A stretch of 64,000 nt of DNA from Antedon mediterranea (taxonomy: Eukaryota; Animalia; Echinodermata), in assembly GCF_964355755.1 (NCBI RefSeq), contig NC_092678.1, forward strand, positions 25,871,365 to 25,935,364, read 5' to 3'. The notes beneath the pieces were generated by a model, which saw only the letters and a list, made by a program, of their open reading frames with translations, did not search any database and was not told the DNA's origin. Made by a program: the position numbers and the translations under genes. Below, one piece after another: positions 26,901 to 38,900 of this stretch. Position 1 is the first letter of the stretch; each line of letters starts with the position of its first letter.

Positions 26901-29900
26901 GTTTAATATTATTTTATTTTATCTTTTATGTATTGGGAACACCTATCTTTTTGTACTTTTATTTTCCATTTTTAATTTTTTTTTTTCAGTGCTTTTTGTT
27001 CTTAAAAATGTTTTTAGTAAATTTAAAATAGAAAAACTTGACATTTTAAGATTTAAAACTATAGTGTTAATAATCCTATTTCCATCAGCATTTATTATTA
27101 TAAGACATCAGGATTGCCATCACCTTGATATTGATATCATAATAACAACATCATCATCATCATCCTTGTTGTTTCAATCCTTTTGAGGCCTGTAGACAGG
27201 AAGGCTTTTATCAGCACCCACCAGCCAGTTTATTCCCTTTACAATTCCTGCAGGATAGGCAAGACATTTAATGGTCGCCTTGAATTAAACGTTAGCAATA
27301 GTTGTAATGATTGTTTCTCTGCTTTTATTCACTGGCCCCTTGGTTGTCCCCAGCTGTATGATGCTTCCATATATTTCAAACCTACCCTTGACGATTGACG
27401 ATTGGCCAATTCTTTGTATTAATTATATTGTTGCTCCTAGCCTTTAAATTATTGTTTGTAATTATATATCTTTATTTAAATTTCTTCTCTGTCTTTTGGA
27501 AATATTAATATTTATAAAATAAACCAGTTAGGATTTTAATAAAGTTTTGTGAACAGATAGGGATATAATTAATTCACTCATTAACTATTAATTAAGTTTT
27601 GATCATTGTGTACACTTAATGATCTTTTCCCACAATGCACTACCAACCCCATAAAGCCAGAGAGGTACACACTTTGGAAATATAGCAATATTAATTAATA
27701 TACAATTAATAGTTATGTAACATTTGCAGTTCTGTGAAAATAACCTAAAAATTAAAATGTGGTAACATCCCTGGCCTTCTAAGTGTTTTTTTTTCTATCA
27801 TATATCTATTTCTAAAGGTCCGTCCTATTTATCACCCCATTTTCTGTCGAGCACTCTCGGTTTAGCCTACCCATTGCTGGTAATTTGCATTTGTTAACAT
27901 AGAGGTCCATCCTATTTATCACTCCATTTTCTGTCCTCTCTGTTTAGCCTCATCTCTTCAGAGAAGCATAATCACACGCTATTACTTGCACAGATCTTGG
28001 AAAACACAGCGCTTTGAAACCTTTGTCTCTTGCGCTTTATAAATGTTATTTATTATTATTATTACCCATTGCTGGTAATTTGCATTTGTTAACATAGAGG
28101 TCCGTCCTATTTATCACTCCATTTTCTGTCCTCTCTGTTTAGCCTACCCATTGCTGGTAATTTGCATTTGTTAAAATAGAGGTCCTTCCTATTTATCACT
28201 CCATTTTCTGTCCTCTCTGTTTAGCCTACCCATTGCTGGTAATTTGCATTTGTTAAAATAGAGGTCCTTCCTATTTATCACTCCATTTTCTGTCCTCTCT
28301 GTTTAGCCTACCCATTGCTGGTAATTTGCATTTGTTAACATAGAGGTCCGTCCTACAGTATTTATCACTCCATTTTCTGTCCTCTCTGTTTAGCCTAACC
28401 CATTGCTGGTAATTTGCATTTGTTAACAATGACAATTTTTTTTCTCTTATGTGCATCATGTTTATAAATCGGATTTTTTACAGATATTTTCGGTAAAATT
28501 TATAAAATTTACACTAAAATATTCGTGTTATGTTTGCTATGTGAAAAATGTGTTTAATGCATTTGATGTAACTTAATAATTCTTAAAAGGATTGCATGTC
28601 CAATGATTGGAATACTAAAATTATGAAATTCCGCAACAAAAAACTAAATATAATCTGCTAAAAACAGCTTTAATGTAATGAATGATAGTATACAGCTCTT
28701 AAACATAAAACTCAGAGAGTAGTATTAACCTCTTAGATTCTATAGTCTAGATAGGCAATATTATATTGAAAATAACCTCTTTTTATGTGTCTGTTAGAAC
28801 CCAGAATCTGACAACTTTGATACTATGAAGGTGAGAGTAGTTTTTCAGAAGCATGAACTAGTCACTCTATTCTTCTTCTTTAGAGCATGCTACTATTTGT
28901 CTTGCAACTACAGAGCATGTTTTAAAGCAAATTCTACATTTTATTTGGTTCCTAATTCTTTTTTCATCTGTTCTCAGAGCATGTATTGCTAGTTTGATTT
29001 CATCCTTTGTTACAGCATGTACAAAGCAAATTAGTCTATATTTCAATATTAAAACTATCTGGTGTAATACTAACAAACCGTATTATAACTATTCTAATAC
29101 TGTAATTGATTATTTTGTATTTTTGATATGGTAAAACCAACCAAAAGTTAAGGGTAGATTATTTGCTTAAAATAATAGGGCCATATTTGTCAGATGTTGT
29201 TTCGCATTCTTTACAATGTTTATGTATATTTTTACACAGAAAACTAATTGACACGGGTTCAACATTAGTTTAAAAACAAAATGAAATGAATTGTTTGTCA
29301 ATGTCACATGGTACTAGATGTTTTAGAATTGTTGCTAGTTACACTACACACAAATGATTACCCCTACCTGTGTATAAACACCTCAATGAAATACAGCAGA
29401 ATATACTATAGTTAAAATACTAGGTGAACTAGGCGACAGAAGACTCACATAATATATGACATGCTACAGTAGATAAATGGTAACTAAATAAACATTTTTG
29501 CAAACAAGGATTTATATATTACATGGTAGTATATTTAGGCCAAACATGAGGCAGGTTTCAAGCTTTCATCTGGCTCATTTGCAGCGGGCAATATAGAATG
29601 TCCCATGTATGGATGGATGGATGTGTTTTAAGCTTGCAATTGTTGTTTAATTTGATAAGTACCTCAACAAGGAAAATCTTGATACCAAATTTGTCTTAAA
29701 ACGCTGACAATGGCTTAATTTGTACATTGCTGTATTTTTATTCTGCATACTGTAGTAATTGCTATTTAATAATAAATAATTATTTATTTTTAAATTTTCA
29801 CCGATTTTGTAAAAGTAATTTTACATTTAATTTAATATTGAATGTAAACACAAACAAACTTTATAAAGAACTTAAATGAATAAGTAATTGTTAGTAACAT

Positions 29901-32900
29901 TGCAACAATTGATTTGCACAAACCCAAAGAAGCAGCAGCCGCCCAGTACAGTAATGGTATACTTAGCACTTGTTGTATGTGCATGTTTCACCATTTCATA
30001 TTATATTTATATAATAACTGTATTCATTGATATCCTGACTTGAATCCTAGTCTAAAGTATTTATGTGATGGTCATGTCATATTAAATTACTTTTTAAATG
30101 GTTTCCGATACATATTTTGATTGATTTTTTTAAAAGCAGACTTATTGAACCTTACATTTTAAAATGATATAATTGAATTAACAAGTGTATGTTGTATTAT
30201 GCATTTGTAGTTATTGTCATATAAATACTTTTCACTATGCAATTTAATTGAATCCAACTTCTTGGTAATGTTGAATTCCTGCTTTTAAATTAAAGTGACC
30301 ACAAACAAACTGTTCTTGTTTAAGATTCACTTGTTTAACATCATTTGATTTGGAATTCTTGGGTTTGAAGAATCTTGAAAATCAGTTTGATTTCAGATAT
30401 AATGTTAATTATTTAAATATTTCAAAAACATTGATAGTGTGATAAATTTCGCTTTACTTTTCTTCCCATTTCTACAGCCTGATAGTAACAGTAGAATAAG
30501 CATCAACTTTTTCCGTCTTTTTCGTGTGATGCGGTTGATAAAATTGTTGAGTAAAGGAGAAGGGATACGTACATTATTATGGACTTTTATCAAGTCATTC
30601 CAGGTATTACTTTATTATTTAAAGTTAATGATAAGTAAATGTACATTCTTATCTCATTGTTGGGTTTACAGCTTTAATATAAAATCCATAATATTTGTTA
30701 ATAAAAAGGAATAATTTTTTCTAGAAATAATTTTGATTAAAAATGTTGTTTTTTGTAGGCTCTGCCATACGTAGCCTTACTAATTGTAATGCTGTTCTTT
30801 ATATATGCTGTGATAGGGATGCAGGTAAGGAATTTTAAAGTTTACATTCAAAACACACAAGTTCAGTCAACATAATAATGCTCCCATAAAAGTTTATATT
30901 CATGGTATATTGATAATGTATGTTTGATGTTTTTTATTACTTTCATTTACTATTTTTAGATGTTTGGAAAAGTTGCTCAGATAGATGGACAAGAAATAAA
31001 CCAAAACAATAATTTCAAAACATTTCCAAATGCCCTTTTGGTGCTCTTTAGGTAAGTATGTGCATTACATGTAGCAGTGTATATCTATCAGTATGTGCAT
31101 TACATGTAGCAGTGTATATCTATCAACACTGTTGCATTTTGAATTTGCATTTAGTCTTTAGTTAGAATGGAACATAAAGGCTATATTTACGTACATTAGC
31201 TTCCTGGTCAGATTCTGACCACATTCACATTATATTGAATCAATTTGAATTTGGATTTGAATATACTAGTACAGACATGGTGACATTTAAACACATTTAA
31301 AAAACTAGTTAATTTGATAAATTTACTTGTTTGTATTCAGGTCAGCAACAGGTGAGGCATGGCAAGACGTAATGTTAGCCTGTATAAGTGCCAAATGCTA
31401 CGGAGAAGAAAGTGAAGACAAGAGTTGTGGCAGTCCAATCGCAGTTCCTTACTTCCTGTCTTTCTACGTTTTATGTTCATTTTTGGTAAGTGCTAAACAC
31501 CACTATTATAATTAAATTTATATGATTCAATTAGTATACTGTGCTTTCTTTGAAAATCAATACAAACATTCACTTATAGCATACTAAAATGGTACTATGA
31601 TTATAATGGTAACTATTAATAATTAGTGAACTGTATAACAAAACAGACAATACTAAAAACTATGTTATTTATAATTTAATCTTTTCTGTTTAGGTTATTA
31701 ATTTATTTGTAGCAGTAATTATGGATAATTTTGATTATTTAACAAGAGACTGGTCAATACTTGGACCACATCATCTTGAGGAGTTTGTAAGAATGTGGTC
31801 AGAATCTGACCCGGAAGCTACGTAAGTAAACTTAATTTGAACTGGACTTAGCACCTACTTTAGTACCATCTTAATTATGTTTCGTACTAACTCATAAGAA
31901 TAAACTCAATGTCTTGCCTGGACTTAGCACCTACATTAGTACCATCTTAATTATGTTTCGTACTAACTCATAAGAATAAACTCAATGTCTGGGCTGGACT
32001 TAGCACCTACATTAGTACCATCTTAATTATGTTTCGTACTAACTCATAAGAATAAACTCAATGTCTGGGCTGGACTTAGCACCTACATTAGTACCATCTT
32101 AATTATGTTTCGTACTAACTCATAAGACTAAACTCAATGTCTTGCCTGGACTTAGCACCTACATTAGTACCATCTTAATTATGTTTCGTACTAACTCATA
32201 AGACTAAACTCAATGTCTTGCCTGAACTTAGCACCTACATTAGTACCATCTTAATTATGTTTCGTACTAACTCATAAGATTAAACTCAATGTCTTGCCTG
32301 AACTTAGCACCTACATTAGTACCATCTTAATTATGTTTCGTACTAACTCATAAGACTAAACTCAATGTCTTGCCTGGACTTAGCACCTACATTAGTACCA
32401 TCTTAATTATGTTTCGTACTAACTCATAAGACTAAACTCAATGTCTTGCCTGGACTTAGCACCTACATTAGTACCATCTTAATTATGTTTCGTACTAACT
32501 CATAAGACTAAACTCAATGTCTGGGCTGGACTTAGCACCTACATTAGTACCATCTTAATTATGTTTCGTACTAACTCATAAGACTAAACTCAATGTCTGG
32601 GCTGAACTTAGAACCTACATTAGTACCATCTTAATTATGTTTCGTACTAACTCATAAGATTAAACTCAATGTCTTGCCTGGACTTAGCACCTACATTAGT
32701 ACCATCTTAATTATGTTTCGTACTAACTCAGTTGGTACATTAGTACCAACTGTTGGTATGATTTGATTCACTTGAATGTGTAGTACAGTATGCTTTTAAA
32801 TCAATAATTTAGTTTGCAAGACTTTGATACAAAATAATGTCTGTTTCTTTTAATAGGGGTAAGATAAAACATGTTGAAATTGTAGACATGTTGCGTCAGA

Positions 32901-35900
32901 TATCACCTCCTTTAGGGTTTGGCAAACTTTGTCCTTACCGAGTTGCATGCAAGGTGAGTGAATAGCCGTATCAATTGTCAATATATATATACTCAAGCAT
33001 GTAAAAAGAACATTTGATATCTAAATGAAATTGTGCCATTTACATGGTAAACTATATTTTAAATTAAGAAATTATAATAAAGGTGAAAAAGTGTCATACT
33101 AGATATTGAATGTTGAGTTATGGGACATAATGTAAATTATGCTAAAATTGATTGTAAATTTACTAAATTGTGTTTATTTACAGAGGTTAGTTACTATGAA
33201 CATGCCATTAAATAAAGATGGTACGGTGATGTTTAACGCGACCTTATTCGCTCTTGTGCGCACGTCACTAAAAATCAAGACGGAAGGAAATATTGATAAA
33301 GCTAACGAGGAACTGCGCACTGTGATAAAAAATCTGTGGAAGCGGACAAACTCCAAGTTAGATCAGGTGGTTCCACCAGCAGGAGGTACAGTCATTTTAT
33401 CCACGTTTGTAGTAAATGGTTTTGTGGATATTTTATTTTGTCTGTTTCAATTTACATTATTAAAATATAAATATCATTGTACATATAAATTGATAAAGAT
33501 TTGTGGTTTTTCTAGATGATGATGATGTGACTGTTGGGAAATTTTACGCAACGTTCCTGATACAGGATTATTTTAGACGTTTCAAAGCTCGGAAAAATGC
33601 AGAACACAAATCCGATCATGATGTGGCATCGCAAGCGCTACAGGTAAACAACTATACATGATCTAAATCGAAATAGGAATTTAAAGTTTACATTTTGATT
33701 ATACTGTACATGCGTCTGTTTATTTTGGTAGGCTGGCTTACTTAACTTACTGTACAATGTGTTTGTTTATGTTTGTAGGCCGGTTTACGCAACTTTCATG
33801 ATATTGGACCAGAGTTAAAGCGAGCAATATCTGGCAATCTAGAGCAGTTAGATGAAGATGAATCAATTGAAAATGAACAGCCATCTCACAGGGTAAACCA
33901 TAGTTACCCTACTCACGTAAATTCCCATTACATTACATTGAATAACTGCACGAAGGCTAACAAGTTTGATGTGCTGAGTTTGTCATCGGGGTTTTGTTTT
34001 TTTTTAATAAATTTAATTTAAGAAGTGACTTATTTAATCATACATTCATAATGGATTCGTAAAATGGAACATTTAGAAAACACATATTGATTGAAAATGG
34101 CTCCTAAGTTTGTTATGTTTTGTACACGCTAAAGACACTACAACAGTACACTTGTACAATAGACACGACTCAGTCAGGTGTGGATTCCAAGTGAACGAGG
34201 CATTTATTAACAACAGCCTATTATACTATTCTACCAATAATATCAATGCGCGTAGACCAATCACCCATGTCTTAATACACGACATTTCTCCCTTTTTAAT
34301 TTGGAAACCTATTTTCACATTTTATATATTTTTTTTTTACAGATTTTCAATACATTTTATTAAAATTAACAATACACCAAAATCTTAACGCAGAGCTTAT
34401 ACGCTGAATAGTCGAATGGATCAATGAACGTTAGTTATTAAATATGTACAACCAAACATAATACTACAGTAAATACTGCAAAGATGACTGTCTATAGAGT
34501 TATATTTTAAAATGACTACAAAGCAAATTCAATCATGCTGCATACAGACAATACTATAAAACATTATCATTCACTCTGGTTGACCTTCTTAACACACTTG
34601 GTTTAGTAGCAACATTACTTTTAACATTATCATTTATACAATTTTCTTTAGTCTGTTCAATAGCATCATTACTTTTAACATTATCATTTATACAATTGTC
34701 TTTAGTCTTTCTACTCAAAATTTCTTCTACTCTCTTATCTACATATTCCGTATCCATATCCTCCCCTTCTTTATTTTCAAAATCTACATTTACACCTCTA
34801 TCTTTAATTTGATCAACATGTCTTTTCCAAACCATTTTATTTCCAACATCAATTTTATAGTTTAGAGGACCTTCCTGGTTTACAACAACACCAGGAACCC
34901 ACTTAGTTTGTCCTATATAATTTCGCACATAAACCAAATCGTTTGTTTCGTATAAACGCAACTTTCGATCTCGTTTATGCATGGCTTTGTGTAAATTATT
35001 TCTCACAGAATCATTAATATTGGGTCGAAGGATATCTAATCTAGTTCTTATAGAACGGTTCATAAACAACTTTGCAGGCGTCTCTTTAGTCAATGAGTGT
35101 TCAGCATTTCTATAAGAAAGCAAAAACCTGTCTAATTTAGTTTGCGGATCACCTGAATCATTTCGAGCAGCCCTTAATCCTTGTTTTAACGATTGAACAA
35201 AACGCTCTGCTTGTCCATTCGTACTAGGATGATAAGGTGCAGATAATTTGTGACTAATACCATTCATAGCCATAAAACTCTTAAATTCCCCAGACGTAAA
35301 CTGTGGACCATTATCAGACACTAGAACTTGGGGCAAACCATTCCGGCTAAACAAAGTTCTCAATACCCCAATAGTTTTATGTGAAGTCGTAGATTGCATA
35401 ATAAAAACTTCGGGCCACTTTGAAAAAGCATCGACCACAATCAGATATGTAAGACCCTCAAAAGGACCCGCGAAATCTACATGTACACGTTCCCCTGGGT
35501 TAGAAACAGGTAACCAAGGATGCATAGGCGCAATGGTAGGATTATTTTGTATACGCTGACATGAGTCGCACTTTTTCGCAGTTTCCTCAATTTGCGCATC
35601 TAACAACGGCCACCAGAAATGAGAACGCGCTAACCCTTTCATTTTGACCACCCCAATATGGCCTACATGCAATTCCTCTAAAACCTGTTGTCGCAATTTT
35701 GGTGGAATTATTACCCGGACACCCCATAACAAACAACCCCCTTCAATAGTCAGTTCGTTTCGTCTGTTAAAGTAAGGTTTCAAACTCTCATCGCTTTGGG
35801 GCCAACTTCCATCCATAAGATAACGCATTACCCTAGATAATATTACATCTCTACGGGTATTATTTCTTATTTCGGCGCTAGTTACCGGAAGAATCTTACT

Positions 35901-38900
35901 AGAACCAATATGCGCAACCGAAATTTCGCTATGACGTGGGGGACCCTCAACCGGTAATCGGGATAAACAATCCGCGTTCGCATTTGCTTGACTGTTCCTA
36001 AATTTAATATTATAATCAAACCCAGACAAATAAAGAGCCCATCGCTGGATTCGCTCAGCAGCCAAAATTGGTAACCCTTTCTTCGGACCAAATATAGTAG
36101 TTAGGGGCTTGTTGTCGGTTATTAAAATAAACTTTCGGCCATAAATATAGGAATAAAACTTTTTGCAAGCATACACGATTGCCAAGGCTTCTCTTTCTAG
36201 TTGCGGATAATTTCTTTCGGTCTTATTCAATGAACGCGATGCAAATTTAATAGGTCTTTCTTTCCCATTAACCATGTGGGATAACACAGCGCCTACCCCT
36301 TCACCTGAAGCATCCGTAGCTACTGTTAAAGGTAAATTTGGATCATAGTGAACCAAAAACCCAGAATGTCTTAGCATTTCCTTAGATTTCACCCATGCAT
36401 TTCTAGCTAATTCTGTCCATTTAAATTCTCTACCCTTTTCTAACATACTAGTTAAAGGTGCTAATATTGTGGCTAATCGAGGTACAAATGAACGGTAATA
36501 ATTCACCATTCCCAGATACGATCTTAAAGTAGTAATGTCCGAAGGCAACGGCATTTGCAAAATATGATCAATTTTGTCTATGGATTTATGAACACCATGT
36601 TTATCAACACAATGTCCCAGATATTCAACAGACTGCTTCATAAATTCGCACTTTCCCCGTTTTAGTCTCAAGCCATAATCTTGCAAACGAACAAGGACCC
36701 TCTCTAAATTACCAATGTGCTCTTGATCGTCTTTCCCTGTGACCAAGATATCATCAAGGTACACTTGTACACCCGGGAGATCCTTCAAGATAACATTCAT
36801 TGCGTTTTGCCAAATTGCTGGGGCGGACGTTATACCAAAAACCAATCGATTTTGCTGAAACAAGCCCTTTTCAGTAATAATTGTGAGTACCTTTTTAGAC
36901 TCATCGGACAACTCCATCTGATTGTAGGCTTGTGCCAGATCTAATTTGGTAAAGGTTTCACCACCCGCAAGGTTAGACAAAATGTCGTCAACGTTAATGT
37001 TAGGTGGAGCAACAGATTGTAGCACTGGATTGATTGTGGGCTTATAATTTCCACATAATCTAACGGACCCATCCTTTTTCCGAACGGTTACTATACCACT
37101 GGCCCACTGAGTATGCGTCACTGGTGTCAGAACCCCAATGTTGACCAATCTATCTAACTCAGTATCAACGTCAGACCTTAAGGCATAAGGAACCCGGTAT
37201 GCTTTACTAACCATTGGCTTGGCATCTCCCTTAAGTAAAACATCAGCTTTAATATGCTTTAAAAGACCCAGTTCCTCTTTAAACAGACCCTCATGCTTAT
37301 CCAAGAGTTGTTTAAGAGCATCCCTACATTCCAATTTATTAACATAATTATTATGAAAACATTCTTGCCAATTTAACTTGATAACATTTAACCAGTCTCG
37401 CCCTAAAAGAGAATGCTTAGTATTAGTAACAACATACATGAATAAATAATGACATTGTGATTCATATACCACTTTAACACTGATTTTACCAAGGGGTTTT
37501 ACAATCTCCCCCGTAAAACTAGTAAATGTCCGAGAACTCCCTTGCAAACGTTTATACTTAAAATGTTCTTTATAAGTCTGTTCAGATATCAAAGTTACTG
37601 CAGAACCAGTGTCCAATTCAAACTGAAAGTTTCGGTCATCCACATTCATATTAACACAAATAGCATCTGATGATTTAGTTGTCGTAAAAATAGGCAAAGG
37701 TAATGTAGTTTCAATATCACTATCGCTGTCATCCATCTCTACCGTACGTACACCTTGTGACCTTTTGTAGCACACGCGACTGATATGTCCAACATTTTGA
37801 CACACGTTACACTTCTTGTCTTTAAACCAACAATTTTGTTGATCATGTGATTTTCTTCCACACCGGTTACACATCTTGAGTTCTTTATTCCGCTTTTTAT
37901 GTTTATCGTTATTACTTTTATACATATTCCTACGCTCACCACTTCCCTGTTTACCACCACTAGAGTATGTACCAATTTTATGAACCTCTATATTTATAGC
38001 AGACTCTCTCAGATACTTGGATTCATCCTTAGCACTTTCTCTCGCTAAAGCAACTTCTACTGCTTCATTAAAACTCAACGCAGCCACACCCGCCTTTTCC
38101 ATTAATTTCAATGACGTATTTTGGTCCCTCATCCCGCTTATGAATCTATCACGTAGTTGCTCGTCCAGCTTCTCGCCAAACTTGCAATTCAAACTTAAAT
38201 GTTTTAAAGCAACTATGTATTCAGAAGTCTTTTCATCGGGACGTTGATTACGCTGAATAAACTTATGTCTTTCGGCAATGGTAATTATCGGCTTAGTAAA
38301 ATGTTTCTTAAGTGTAGACTTTAATTCATCATATGGAATATCTTTTGGTGCCTTTGGGCTAACCAAATCCCTCAAAATACCGTAGTACTTACGACCTATT
38401 GCGTTCAGGAAAATGGCTGCTACCCTAGCTCCCACATTACCACGTGCATCAGCATCCGGCTCTCCATGTAAGACCAGTCCAATCGCCTCCACATAAATCT
38501 CAAACCGCTCCAAATAACAGTTAAAATTCTCGGCTTCATTATACTGCTCAAACATCGGCATATAGTGGTCTTTAACGGCCATCCTCGTCGCCAAATGTTA
38601 TGTTTTGTACACGCTAAAGACACTACAACAGTACACTTGTACAATAGACACGACTCAGTCAGGTGTGGATTCCAAGTGAACGAGGCATTTATTAACAACA
38701 GCCTATTATACTATTCTACCAATAATACCAATGCGCGTAGACCAATCACCCATGTCTTAATACACGACAAAGTTGTTGTGTGTTTCTTGCCATGAATAAT
38801 AAAGAATATTATTATTAAGTTGTTACATTCATAATGGATACGTAAAATGGAACATTTAGAAAACACATATTGATTGAAAATGGCTCCTAAGTTGTTGTGT

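Larger units (their letters stand above)
34111..38769 (-). mobile_element. Full-length Ty3/gypsy (Mag-like) LTR retrotransposon in a Cav1 intron
   Basis: 174-bp TG...CA LTRs (34111-34284, 38596-38769) with 1 mismatch; 5-bp TSD AAGTT; PBS TGGCGACGAGGATGG; PPT next to the 3' LTR; single gag-pol ORF. Confidence 0.97.

Noticed and set aside
34110-34388. Short ORFs [12 protein letters not shown]... (also 38565-38795)
   Set aside because: Chance frames across the LTR sequences
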